From NCBI GenBank assembly GCA_963760795.1, contig CAVXEP010000005.1:1-64000 (forward strand): a DNA stretch of 64,000 nt. Direction: 5' to 3'. Below are positions 20,522 to 30,196 of the stretch, piece by piece. The notes beneath the pieces are model-generated. The model was not told where the DNA came from, searched no databases, and saw only the letters and a program-made list of their open reading frames with translations. The first letter of the stretch is position 1. Each line of letters opens with the position of its first letter. The stretch comes from an uncultured delta proteobacterium. GTDB taxonomy: Bacteria; Desulfobacterota; Binatia; UBA9968. Position numbers and translations under genes: made by a program.

Positions 20522-22360
20522 GGTTCTGCTGAAAAACCCCCTCAAGTTTTTTGTTTGTTCAGTTAAATCTACGTTGACAAGCGACGATATCGCCTTCATC
20601 GTTTTCTCATGAGCGTAAGAGCCGTCGCTGCACAGAGAAGCTTTTATCATACCGACTATCTTGCTGGAGATCTTTTCGGTCCAGCCAATCGCTACCGGTT
20701 GTTTCGGGAAAAGATCTGGCCCAAGCTTTTAGAGCTTTCCCCGAAACTTGAAGCGTTGTATTGCGCCGAGAACGGCCGGCCGGGGATCGATCCGGTGCTA
20801 CTTTGCGGAGTGACGCTGCTCCAGTTCATGGAGAAAGCAGCAGATCGCTCGGCCACCGAGCGCGTGGTGTATCATCTGGGTTGGAAGTACGCCTTAGATC
20901 TGGAACTGGATTACGCCGGGTTTCATGCCACGGTGTTAGTTTATTTTCGCGACCGGTTGGAAGACAACAAAGTCGAGCGGATGATCTTTGACGGGATAGT
21001 TAAGTTGCTGGTGGAGCTGGGATTGGTGAAGAGAAAGGGCAAGCAGCGGCTCGATAGCACGCATATCGTGGGGTACGTCAAGGCGATGAGCTTGTTGGAG
21101 TGCGCGATAGAGACGCTGCGCTTGGCGTTGGAGGATTTGAAAGTAAAAGTGGGGAGGAAAAAGCAGCCAGAATTTTGGGACAGGTTGTGGGAACTGTATG
21201 TAGAGAGCAAACTGGATTGGCGGCTAAACAAGACCGAGCGCGACCGCCGCTATCGGCAGTGTGGGCAAGACATGAGAGAGCTGCTGGAGTGGCTAGACGG
21301 AAACGATCCTAAGCTCGCTGGACGTGAAGCAGTGAAACTATTGCGGCGAGTCTTTGGCGAGCAGTTTGAGATGGTCGACGGAAAGCTTGAGCTCGCCCCC
21401 AAGCGACCGCCTCGCGCGGTGCAGAACCCCCATGATTCCGATGCGCATTATGCCGATAAGAGGAGCAAGCAATGGATCGGCTACAAGGTGCATGTAACCG
21501 AGACTGTCGATCCTCAACAACCGATCAAGAAAAAGGGCGAGCCCACCGACCATTTCATCACCGAGATGCTGACCGTCGAAGCGGCCCAGGACGAGAAGGC
21601 TGGCTTGACCGAGACGCTCACAAGAGAACAAGCGCACCATGAGATCGAACCCCGGGCGATCTACACCGATGCAGGTTATGTGACCGAGCACACCTTAACG
21701 CAGGCGGAACAAAACGGCATGGAGTTATTAGGACCGACGCGTCCCGATCCTCACAAGGGACCCTACAATAGCGATGCGTTCCATGTCGATATCAACGAGC
21801 GCCAGGCGGTTTGTCCTCAGGGCAAGCTCAGCACGCAGTGCAGCCGCATCAAAGATAACTATATGGGAACCGAGTACTATCGCATCGAGTGGGGCAATCA
21901 ATGCAATAGCTGTCCGGTACAAAAGCAATGTACGCGGTCCAAGAGTGGACGGAGAACTTTGGTCGTTGGACTGCGCCATGATCTGGTCGAGCAGCGGCGC
22001 AGAGAAATGAAACAGAAAGGTTTCTCCAAATCCATGCATCCGAGAAACGGGATTGAGGGAACCCACAGCGAGTTGGTGCGTGGGCACGCGATGAGACGGA
22101 CGAAATATCGGGGCTTAAGCCGGGTCGGTTTATCGAATTACTTCATAGGTGCAGCTTGCAACGTAAAACGATATCTAAATCTACTCGCGTTTCAGATGAG
22201 AACGCCGCCTCTGAGCCCCGCTTAAGGGCGGAGCGCAGCTCATTTTCCTGGCTATGGCTTCGTTGAGGGTGAAACTTTCTCTGGCGTAACATTATTTGGC
22301 GATGACCACTGTTTACTAGCGGCGGTCGCGAATCAAATTCAGGGGTTTTTCAGCAGAACC
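20522..22360 (+). mobile_element. Complete IS1182-family-like insertion sequence
   Basis: 19-bp perfect TIR GGTTCTGCTGAAAAACCCC (20522-20540; 22342-22360) flanked by direct repeat TATATT (20516-20521; 22361-22366). Confidence 0.9.
20609..22225 (+). CDS. DDE transposase (IS1182-like)
   Basis: GRPGIDP, QRLDSTH, WIGYKVH, YTDAGY, CPQG...CNSCP...C Zn insertion, RNGIEGT; 538 aa, uninterrupted. Confidence 0.92.
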   Translation: MSVRAVAAQRSFYHTDYLAGDLFGPANRYRLFREKIWPKLLELSPKLEALYCAENGRPGIDPVLLCGVTLLQFMEKAADRSATERVVYHLGWKYALDLELDYAGFHATVLVYFRDRLEDNKVERMIFDGIVKLLVELGLVKRKGKQRLDSTHIVGYVKAMSLLECAIETLRLALEDLKVKVGRKKQPEFWDRLWELYVESKLDWRLNKTERDRRYRQCGQDMRELLEWLDGNDPKLAGREAVKLLRRVFGEQFEMVDGKLELAPKRPPRAVQNPHDSDAHYADKRSKQWIGYKVHVTETVDPQQPIKKKGEPTDHFITEMLTVEAAQDEKAGLTETLTREQAHHEIEPRAIYTDAGYVTEHTLTQAEQNGMELLGPTRPDPHKGPYNSDAFHVDINERQAVCPQGKLSTQCSRIKDNYMGTEYYRIEWGNQCNSCPVQKQCTRSKSGRRTLVVGLRHDLVEQRRREMKQKGFSKSMHPRNGIEGTHSELVRGHAMRRTKYRGLSRVGLSNYFIGAACNVKRYLNLLAFQMRTPPLSPA

Positions 22361-22990
22361 TATATTATAGCCTGACCCTCATCCCCTCACTCATCCCCTC
22401 AGATCACTGCTCACATTTGGCAACTCGGTTCAGGTGTCCTACATCAAACCGAGCAAAACTTTTTTCCTAAGTTACCGTCGATAATTTTTAACCACTTCGT
22501 GGTAGCCAGGATTCTGGCCAAATAGAATCTTTCAGCGAATGCTTCTGAACTTCGACCGCACCTGCCAGGAAACCCTCACAGGGAGAGTTTCGGTTGATAC
22601 TTTCAAGCGGCTCACGCATTCGTCCTTTGACCTGATTGCACCGACGATACATGGTTTCCAGGCAGAATTGTCACCCCATCTATCGGAGCTGGCTCCCGAA
22701 AGTTTGCTTGTTTCACCTAAAATTACCTGACCGTCCCCCAGCACCAAAAGGTATAACGATTGCTCATTTTTAACGAATTGCGGACGGTACTCATATGTCT
22801 ACCTAAGACATCTCGTTTAAGATTCAACGGTCTCGGGGCAGACCTTATTGAGTCACATCGAGAGCATGGAATTTTTTAAGAACGATCTACTGACCCCTAT
22901 ATGTCGAAGACACCGCGACTTTCGAAAGATACGATTAATCAGCCAAAGCGAGTAGTCATCGAGATCGGCAAACGGGACGCGAGTAAAGTT

Positions 22991-24244
22991 ATGACACGAT
23001 TGAGCTGGGTATTTGCATTCTTATTGCTATCGAGTTGCGGAAAAGTTCTTGGAGTCAAACAAACTCCTGAAATCGCCGTTGGCGAGTCGACTTTCTTTCG
23101 TACCATTGAAGCGCATACCGATGCACCTATGACGGGCGGAAATCGAATTGACGTTCTCCTAAACGGCGATGAAACTTTCCCCGTTATGATCGCTGAAGTT
23201 AGAAGGGCGAAATCAACAATTACATTCGCCCAATATCTTTACGAAGACGGTGCCATTGCCCGCGATTTGGCTGCTGCTTTCGCTGAACGATGCCGTGCAG
23301 GTGTTAAAGCGGAGATTCTTCTAGATCACCACGGATCGAGTAGCGCTCCGTCCGAAATCATCGCTACCATGAAAGACGCTGGTTGTAATGTTCATTACTT
23401 TCGCCAAATTGACGCTCAAGGAATTATTTTTCCATGGAAGCTGTTACGATATAATTATCGCAGCCACCGGCGAATCTTGGTGATCGACGGTCGAGTTGGC
23501 TTTACCGGCGGATACGGAATAAGCGAAGCATGGACTGGCAATGGCCGAAAGCCGGAACACTGGCGCGATACCAACGCCCGAATAGAAGGTCCAGTCGTCA
23601 GATTCCTGCAGGCGGCGTTTGCCGAGAGCTGGCTTGAAACGACTGGCATTGCCATAGGCGGCGACGGCTACTTCCCACACCTTGAATCAAGTGGAAATCT
23701 GACGGCCCAAATCGTCAAGAGTTCACCTACAGGCGGCAGTTTTCAAAACTACATGCTTTTTCTGCTATCGATCAACTCAGCGAAGAAATCGGTTTTGATC
23801 ACCAATCCATACTTTATTCCAGATGAGGTCATGACAGATGCCTTACTCAAGGCGAAGGGTCGCGGCGTTCGTGTAGTGGTATTACTTCCCGGCAAGATCG
23901 ACAGCCAGTTTACCTATACGGCCAGCCGCAGCCACTACGGAAAACTGCTTCTCGGCGGCGTCAAGGTATATGAGTATCTAGTCGCGTTGATGCACGCAAA
24001 GACCATAGTCGTGGACGGCGTTTGGGCCACGATTGGCAGCACAAACTTCGATAACCGTTCTTTCGCGTTAAACCAAGAAATCAATGTTACAGTTTATGAT
24101 AAAGTCACTGCTGAAAGTCTTGAACGAATCTTTAACGACGACCTAAAATACTCTAAAGAGATAACTTACGAGGCGTGGCAATCTCGAAGTATTTTCGAGC
24201 GATTATTCGATTTCTTTTCATTTCCGATCAGGGAGCAACTCTAA
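22991..24244 (+). CDS. Cardiolipin synthase-like phospholipase D (lipoprotein); start may be as far up as 22901
   Basis: LLSSC lipobox, GNRIDVLLNG, HRRILVIDG (variant HKD), WRDT, NPYF, MHAKTIVVDG, GSTNFDNRS. Confidence 0.85.
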   Translation: MTRLSWVFAFLLLSSCGKVLGVKQTPEIAVGESTFFRTIEAHTDAPMTGGNRIDVLLNGDETFPVMIAEVRRAKSTITFAQYLYEDGAIARDLAAAFAERCRAGVKAEILLDHHGSSSAPSEIIATMKDAGCNVHYFRQIDAQGIIFPWKLLRYNYRSHRRILVIDGRVGFTGGYGISEAWTGNGRKPEHWRDTNARIEGPVVRFLQAAFAESWLETTGIAIGGDGYFPHLESSGNLTAQIVKSSPTGGSFQNYMLFLLSINSAKKSVLITNPYFIPDEVMTDALLKAKGRGVRVVVLLPGKIDSQFTYTASRSHYGKLLLGGVKVYEYLVALMHAKTIVVDGVWATIGSTNFDNRSFALNQEINVTVYDKVTAESLERIFNDDLKYSKEITYEAWQSRSIFERLFDFFSFPIREQL

Positions 24245-24503
24245 AACTGAGATCGGTATCGCACCGTCGTCAAGCTTCCATGGCGAGATGTCGGTTTCTA
24301 CCAGATAGAAGATCGCCGCAAATCCAAAGGTCTTTGTATTGTTCCTGCATACTTTTTATCCGTTGATAGGTGCTATGCAGTCTGGAGTATCGTTTAGCGG
24401 ACTGTTCACTAACTTGGTAACTTCGTAGTCATCCATCAATTCAGTGGGAAAATTTAGCTGTGAATCGCGAAGTACGTTCGTTCATATATCCAGTCTTGAG
24501 CTT

Positions 24504-25253
24504 TCAGCGCGTCGCTTCGATCGCCCGGCCGTTGAGCGGCTGCGTGGGCCGGGCGTTCATCGGGTAGAGCTTGCCGAACGTCGTGATCTCGCTATCGGCG
24601 ATTTTCGTCGGGGTCTTTAGGACAAACCAGCGAACTCCCTCGCTGCACGGCGGCGTGGTGAGCGACCCCGGGAATGTGTAGTAGCCCTTGTCGCCGGGCA
24701 GCAGCGCGGCGGCATCAACCATGGCTTTGACGGAGGTTTCCTTCTCTTTTTCCTTCGGTAGATTCTTCCAGATCTCGCTGATCGTGGGGTTGGCGCCGCC
24801 CTTGTCGAGCAGCACGGCGATCACCGCGAGCTTGCCATCTGCGCCCTTGTGCACCAGGTGGGCGACCATGTCGTGCGACTTGCCGTTGATCTTCTCTTCG
24901 CTCGGCTTGTGGAAGTGGAACTGCATGAGCTCGTAGCGCGTCCCGCCGACGTCGATCCAGCTACCGGGCGCGTAGTTCACCTGGATCGTATGGCCGTTGT
25001 CGATCACCTTGAGCGGCGAGCGCTTGTAGTCGAACTTGATCGCAGGCAGCTCCGCCGCCTTGGCGCCACGGATGTCGATGGGCGACTGGACCTTGCCGAC
25101 CTTGCAGGTGGCGAACGTTTGATCGAGCTCTCCCCACTTCGCGGGTCCCCCTTGTCCTCCGTAGGACCAGTGTTGGCCCTCGGCGTGCGCCTGGGAGGCG
25201 CCACAGATTGTCGTGGCGACGAACAGCGCGGGGATTGCTTTAGGGATGTTCAT
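24504..25253 (-). CDS. Periplasmic alpha-carbonic anhydrase
   Basis: Signal peptide, WSYGG..GP..W, QSPIDI, NGHT, QFHFH, AHLVH, GSLTTPPCSE, NARPTQ. Confidence 0.93.
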   Translation of the reverse strand: MNIPKAIPALFVATTICGASQAHAEGQHWSYGGQGGPAKWGELDQTFATCKVGKVQSPIDIRGAKAAELPAIKFDYKRSPLKVIDNGHTIQVNYAPGSWIDVGGTRYELMQFHFHKPSEEKINGKSHDMVAHLVHKGADGKLAVIAVLLDKGGANPTISEIWKNLPKEKEKETSVKAMVDAAALLPGDKGYYTFPGSLTTPPCSEGVRWFVLKTPTKIADSEITTFGKLYPMNARPTQPLNGRAIEATR

Positions 25254-25507
25254 TTCAGAGTTCCTCTCAGTCTTCTTGTCAGTCTCGTTGCGATGTCCTA
25301 CGGGTCGTCGGTTCAGGCCTACTAGTAATTCGACGCCGCGAAGTCATTCAATCATTGTATCTCCTGATCAGTGATGTAAACCGTGCCCAAATCATATTAG
25401 TGCGAGACTTACTCCTAAAAAGCAACGGGTTGCAACGAAATCCATTGATAGCGAGATAGGCGCCGAGCCCGAAGACCCGCGATTTCGAAAACGCCACATG
25501 CTTATCC

Positions 25508-25640
25508 CTACTCGCGCACAACGTCTCGCGCTTTCTTGTCCTTGCGAATCCCGGCAAATGCGGCGTGGCGCAAATGATCGTCCGGTGTCCATTCGGTATA
25601 TTCGATTTGCACAACTAACTCCGGTTTGAGCCAGACGAGT
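25508..25640 (-). pseudogene. C-terminal fragment of a LigD-type ATP-dependent DNA ligase (OB domain)
   Basis: WLKPELVVQIEYTEWTPDDHLRHAAFAGIRKDKKARDVVRE*; no upstream ligase domain. Confidence 0.8.
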
Positions 25641-25814
25641 TTTTCATTTCTTCGGCAGTAAACGCCCACTGGGTGCGTCTCTTTTTTTCTGGCGGTCGCA
25701 CGGGCTTTAGGTGTAATACTCAATTATTATTAGAGGTGAAGCCCACACTCCGGATTTCGAGCAGAAAACTTAACGCAGCAGCTGCCACAACGGTGTCACT
25801 GAGGGGTGACCGTC

Positions 25815-26903
25815 ATGCTCATTTTTCTTTCCTACGCATCTGAACAGCGTGACGTTGCTGAGGAGATCAAGCTTGCCCTTGCTAGTTTCGGTCATCAAGT
25901 CTTTTTTGATCGAGATAGCCTTCCCATTGGGGATGAATACCACCTTCGGATACGTAATGCGGTCGAGGAGAGCGAAGCGTTCGTGTTCCTCATCAGTTTC
26001 CAGTCGGTCGCCCAAGGTTGCTACGCGCTAACCGAATTAAAGTATGCGCGAGAGAAATGGCCAGATCCCCGAGGAAAAGTACTGCCAGTCATGATCGAAA
26101 AGATCGAATATCGACACATCCCGCCTTATTTGAAGGCGATAAGTGTTCTTGAACCCGAGGGTAACGCTCCTGCGGAAGTAGCCACTGAGATCCAAAAGTG
26201 GGGCAAGAAGGGAATTCAGGATTCTGGTCGTTTCGGTAGTCAGACACTAAAGCGTAATGGCGTCCGCTTTATTTCCGTGTTGGCTCGACCCCGAAACTTT
26301 ATCAAATCTATCGATTACAACGCTGACGATACATTAATCGAAGCGATCTTGTTCAGCGTATTTGTTAGTATTGTCAATCTTACCATCATGCTTCCAGCAT
26401 ACCGGCTGGCGCACGTCAAAGCGGAGACTTTCACGTATGCGATGATCGATACAGTTTTTACCTGCGTTTTTTGGTTTTTATATGGGTCGGTCTATCATTT
26501 TTGCGCTAGGCTCGTCGGCGGGCGGGGCACTTATCAGAGCAGCCTAGTAGCCTTCCTTTACCTGACGGCTTTCAGTGTCGTCTCTGGAGCCTTGTCTTTA
26601 CCAATGTCACTTAAGGCTGTTTCCTGGAGCATGGAGAGTGCGGACGCGCCGACTCTTAGCCAATGGCTAACCTTAGGTGATCAAATTGTTAAATCACCGA
26701 TAAGTTTAATCTGTGCATTATTAGGGACTGCAGTGATTTTATACCGCTGGGTATGCACAATCGGGGTGTTTATGATTATTCATGATGTTGGTCGTGTAAA
26801 AGGTGTGTTAATTGGCGTGATGGGTGCGGGTTTGTCGTGGGTCGTATTTTTCACCATCGAAAAACCTTCTCTTGCGCTTTTCTGGCGAGCCTTTTCTTCC
26901 TAG
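25815..26903 (+). CDS. TIR-domain protein with a C-terminal multi-pass (Yip1-like) membrane domain
   Basis: IFLSYA, VFFDRDSL.IGD, FVFLIS, YALTEL with the putative catalytic Glu; then about 5 hydrophobic segments with a GGRGTY loop. Confidence 0.8.
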   Translation: MLIFLSYASEQRDVAEEIKLALASFGHQVFFDRDSLPIGDEYHLRIRNAVEESEAFVFLISFQSVAQGCYALTELKYAREKWPDPRGKVLPVMIEKIEYRHIPPYLKAISVLEPEGNAPAEVATEIQKWGKKGIQDSGRFGSQTLKRNGVRFISVLARPRNFIKSIDYNADDTLIEAILFSVFVSIVNLTIMLPAYRLAHVKAETFTYAMIDTVFTCVFWFLYGSVYHFCARLVGGRGTYQSSLVAFLYLTAFSVVSGALSLPMSLKAVSWSMESADAPTLSQWLTLGDQIVKSPISLICALLGTAVILYRWVCTIGVFMIIHDVGRVKGVLIGVMGAGLSWVVFFTIEKPSLALFWRAFSS

Positions 26904-27342
26904 AGAGCATTCTTCTAGCGGCGAATAATCTGACAGGTTATCGCCTTACATTTTTATTGAGGCGCATCACTGCTAGTTAGTTCGCTGACGACCAAAAAGG
27001 CTTGCGCGTTTGCAGCGGGCATACTCAAAAGTACTGCAACGATCCGCTTGTAAACATCTACTGTTCTTAGTATGTCGTTTCAGGATTTGCCTCTGACAAC
27101 GGGAGCATCTCGTTCTGGTCTTATATAGGAAACCGGCCATTAATGCCGATTAGATCATTTGGGAAAAACTCTCAGAACTTAGGAATAAGATCGCCGTTTT
27201 GACTCGGATCTGAAAAAACACCTCGAGGAGCCAGTTACGAACTGAGCGCTAATTTCTAGGTCATTGCAAAAACGTTTTACCCGCATGCTAAGTCATAGTA
27301 CAAAGTATCCATCTATTATCACTACACTGGGGAGGATAAACG

Positions 27343-27954
27343 ATGTTACGTTTATACGGCGCCGCGCGATCTCGTGCCGTGCGCACCTTGTGGATGCTCG
27401 GTGAGCTAGGCCTGAACTACGACCACCAGGACTACCTGCCCCGCGCGCCGGAGACACGTACTCCGGAGTTTCGCGCGTTGAATCCCAATGGCCGCGTACC
27501 GGTGATAGACGACGACGGCTTCGTGCTGTCGGAGTCGATGGCGATCAATCTCTATCTCGCGAAAAAGCACAAGAGCCCACTGTATCCGTCGGACCCCAGA
27601 GACGAGGCGCTTGTTTGGCAGTGGAGCCTATGGGAGACCGACCGGCTCGATCGTCAGATCGTGAATTACGTCAGGCACACCAAGGAGTTTCCAGAGGCCG
27701 AGCGCAAAAAGGAGATCGCCGAGGCCGCATGGCAGCAAGTGACGGAATCGTTTGACGTGCTGGAGACTGCGCTCACGAAAGCGGAGTGGCTTGCCGGCCC
27801 GGCATTTTCAGTCGGCGATCTCAACGTCGCCGCAGCGCTTTACCGTGCGTTAGCGATCGATACCAGGAAATGGCCCCGTACGCAGGCTTGGCTCCACCGC
27901 TGCTGGGAGCGCCCGGCAGCGAAGCGGGCGCGCGCCATGCGCGAAGGCAATTAG
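27343..27954 (+). CDS. Glutathione S-transferase
   Basis: SRAVRTLW, LNPNGRVP, LSESMAI.LYL, FSVGDL; GGGAGG RBS. Confidence 0.92.
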   Translation: MLRLYGAARSRAVRTLWMLGELGLNYDHQDYLPRAPETRTPEFRALNPNGRVPVIDDDGFVLSESMAINLYLAKKHKSPLYPSDPRDEALVWQWSLWETDRLDRQIVNYVRHTKEFPEAERKKEIAEAAWQQVTESFDVLETALTKAEWLAGPAFSVGDLNVAAALYRALAIDTRKWPRTQAWLHRCWERPAAKRARAMREGN

Positions 27955-28200
27955 AACTGGGGTAAGAGGCTTTTATATCAGACTGACTGGGATCCTTTTG
28001 CTTGTCGTTGTTAAAACGGCGGTCAACACAGATCATCCATGTGACTGAGTTGTGCCCATTTTGGCAACTCCTCATAATATCAAGTTGGGGGAGGAATCAG
28101 TGAAATCCTAAGCCGCTCATGGACCACAACAAAAACGGCGCCGCGTGGAGGACTTCCGGTTCTGCGAGTATCGACTACCTTGGGAGCGGTTGTAGCTGCT

Positions 28201-30165
28201 TTAAACTTTGGAGTTTTTCTGCTGCTCCGCGAGAATCCGCGCCGCCTCTACCTCGGAAAGTGATTCCAATTCGTTCAATAGCGCTGCCAAGGCTTGCTCG
28301 GATAAAGTCTTGTCCTGATGTGCCATGATTACTGCTGCCATATCCGCGATCGTAGGTGAGTTAAACAGCTGCGACATCGGAATATCCAACCGAAACCGCT
28401 CAAGAACACGGGCAATAATTCGGCTCGCACTTAGTGAATCGCCGCCTAAATCAAAGAAGTTGTCGCCAATACCAACCATGTCCAACGCCAAAACGTCAGC
28501 CCACACCCGCGCCAATTCTTGCTCTACGTCGTTTCGCGGGGAGGCCATGGGGGTTGCTAAGTCGGGTCTGGAACGACCGGGATCCGGCAGCAGCCTCCGA
28601 TTGATCTTTCCATTCGGTGTTACTGGCAAGCATTCCAGAAAGATGAACGAAGCAGGAATCATATAGTCAGGCAATTTCTGGCTTAAGAATTGCCGTAGCG
28701 TACTTGCGCTGGTTTCAATTTTTACCGCCGGCACAACGTACGCAACCAACCGCGAATTACCCGATGGATCGCTTCGACCGACGACCGCGACATCCTTGAT
28801 TTTCTCATGTTGACGCAAGGCGGTCTCCACCTCGGCGACTTCGACTCGATAGCCCCTGATTTTGATTTGAAAATCCTTGCGACCCAAATGATAAAGACAA
28901 CCGTCGGGAGTCATACGACCTAAATCGCCCGTCAGGTATATTCTTTCGTTTGGCTTGCCCGGGTCAACGACAAATTTAGCCGCCGTGAGACTTGGATCCT
29001 GCCAATAGCCTGTAGAAAGGTAGCGGCTGCTCACGGCAATTTCACCGATTTGATCGAAACCGACTTTTTGTCCTTCCTCGTCTAGCAACAGGATCTCCTT
29101 GCCGTAGGCAGGGTAGCCGGCCGGCACAGGGTCGTTCCCAGCCTGAGTAGATTTGTCGAAAAAGTATCGACAAATTGCACCGGTCTCTGAGGTTGCAAAG
29201 CTGTTGAGCAGCAAGCAGTCTTCCGAGAAATTTTCCTTATAAAGCTGTATATCTGCAGCACTCACCGAATCGCCGCCGAATCGCACCAGACGAAGATTTT
29301 GCAACTTTTCATCTCGATCCAGCAGATTGAGGGTTTGTCGCAGAGTCGTTGCAGTCGAATGGTAAATAGTTATTTTCTCCTCAACCAGCAGCCGAGCCAA
29401 ATGGTTCAGACCGTCGGTTTTCACATCGACTGGAAACAGCGCTGCACCGCTAAGCAAGGCACTGTGAATAATGTGAATGCCTCCAATAAATAGCCAGGGA
29501 ACCACAAGGGATAATCGATCATCTGGACAAATTCGGAACGAGTTGACGTATTCAAAAACATGGTAAAGAGCGTGGCGATGAGTCTGAACTATACCCTTCG
29601 GCTCGCCGGTCGAACCTGAGGTGTAAAGAAGGTAGGCGAAGGCGTCTGCGGATAGAAAAAGATTAGGATTCTCTGCAACTAGCTGGTCTCCCAAATCGTC
29701 GACGTTGATGATCTGGCAATGGTCTGCGGCGGCAAGTTCTGCCTTGGCAAGGTTCTTCGTGTTGGTAACCAACAAACTGGCAGTCGAGTGATTCAATATT
29801 GCCATGCACCGCTTCGGTGGTGCTGACGGATCCATCGGGACGTAAAACTTGCCTGACTTTACCACGCCTAAGATGGCACTCATCGCTGCAGTACCCTGCT
29901 CAAACATCAGCGCCACAGCTTCAGGCTTTTTCTCCCGCACCGCCAGTATTGCCCCGGCAACACGATTAGCAGCTTCGTTGAGCTGCCGATAAGTCAGCGC
30001 GCAGTTTCTGCTCTTAAGCGCTAACCGATCAGGAAAAATCCCGACGATCTTCTCAAACCGCTCCGGGATCGATAGTTCGATCTCCCCTTCGGGAAACTCC
30101 ACAAAAGTTCCCGATGGATGGAAGCATTTGGCTCGTATGGCTTCTTGCTCTGGCGGTAAAGTCAT
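28201..30165 (-). CDS. Stand-alone NRPS A-T didomain protein
   Basis: YTSGSTGEPKG, YLTGDLG, IRGYRVE, LPDYMIP, NGKINR, FFDLGGDSL; probable start 30165 after AGGTGG. Confidence 0.9.
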   Translation of the reverse strand: MTLPPEQEAIRAKCFHPSGTFVEFPEGEIELSIPERFEKIVGIFPDRLALKSRNCALTYRQLNEAANRVAGAILAVREKKPEAVALMFEQGTAAMSAILGVVKSGKFYVPMDPSAPPKRCMAILNHSTASLLVTNTKNLAKAELAAADHCQIINVDDLGDQLVAENPNLFLSADAFAYLLYTSGSTGEPKGIVQTHRHALYHVFEYVNSFRICPDDRLSLVVPWLFIGGIHIIHSALLSGAALFPVDVKTDGLNHLARLLVEEKITIYHSTATTLRQTLNLLDRDEKLQNLRLVRFGGDSVSAADIQLYKENFSEDCLLLNSFATSETGAICRYFFDKSTQAGNDPVPAGYPAYGKEILLLDEEGQKVGFDQIGEIAVSSRYLSTGYWQDPSLTAAKFVVDPGKPNERIYLTGDLGRMTPDGCLYHLGRKDFQIKIRGYRVEVAEVETALRQHEKIKDVAVVGRSDPSGNSRLVAYVVPAVKIETSASTLRQFLSQKLPDYMIPASFIFLECLPVTPNGKINRRLLPDPGRSRPDLATPMASPRNDVEQELARVWADVLALDMVGIGDNFFDLGGDSLSASRIIARVLERFRLDIPMSQLFNSPTIADMAAVIMAHQDKTLSEQALAALLNELESLSEVEAARILAEQQKNSKV

Positions 30166-30196
30166 CGCGTCAGTCCACCTATCCATGGTTTAGTAA

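Noticed and set aside
22532-22747. Short ORFs after the IS
   Set aside because: No RBS or recognisable motif; probably island debris.
28047-28070. Hairpin gagttgtgcccattttggcaactc sharing tttggcaactc with ~22416
   Set aside because: The match is short and in direct orientation; it cannot be supported as element ends.
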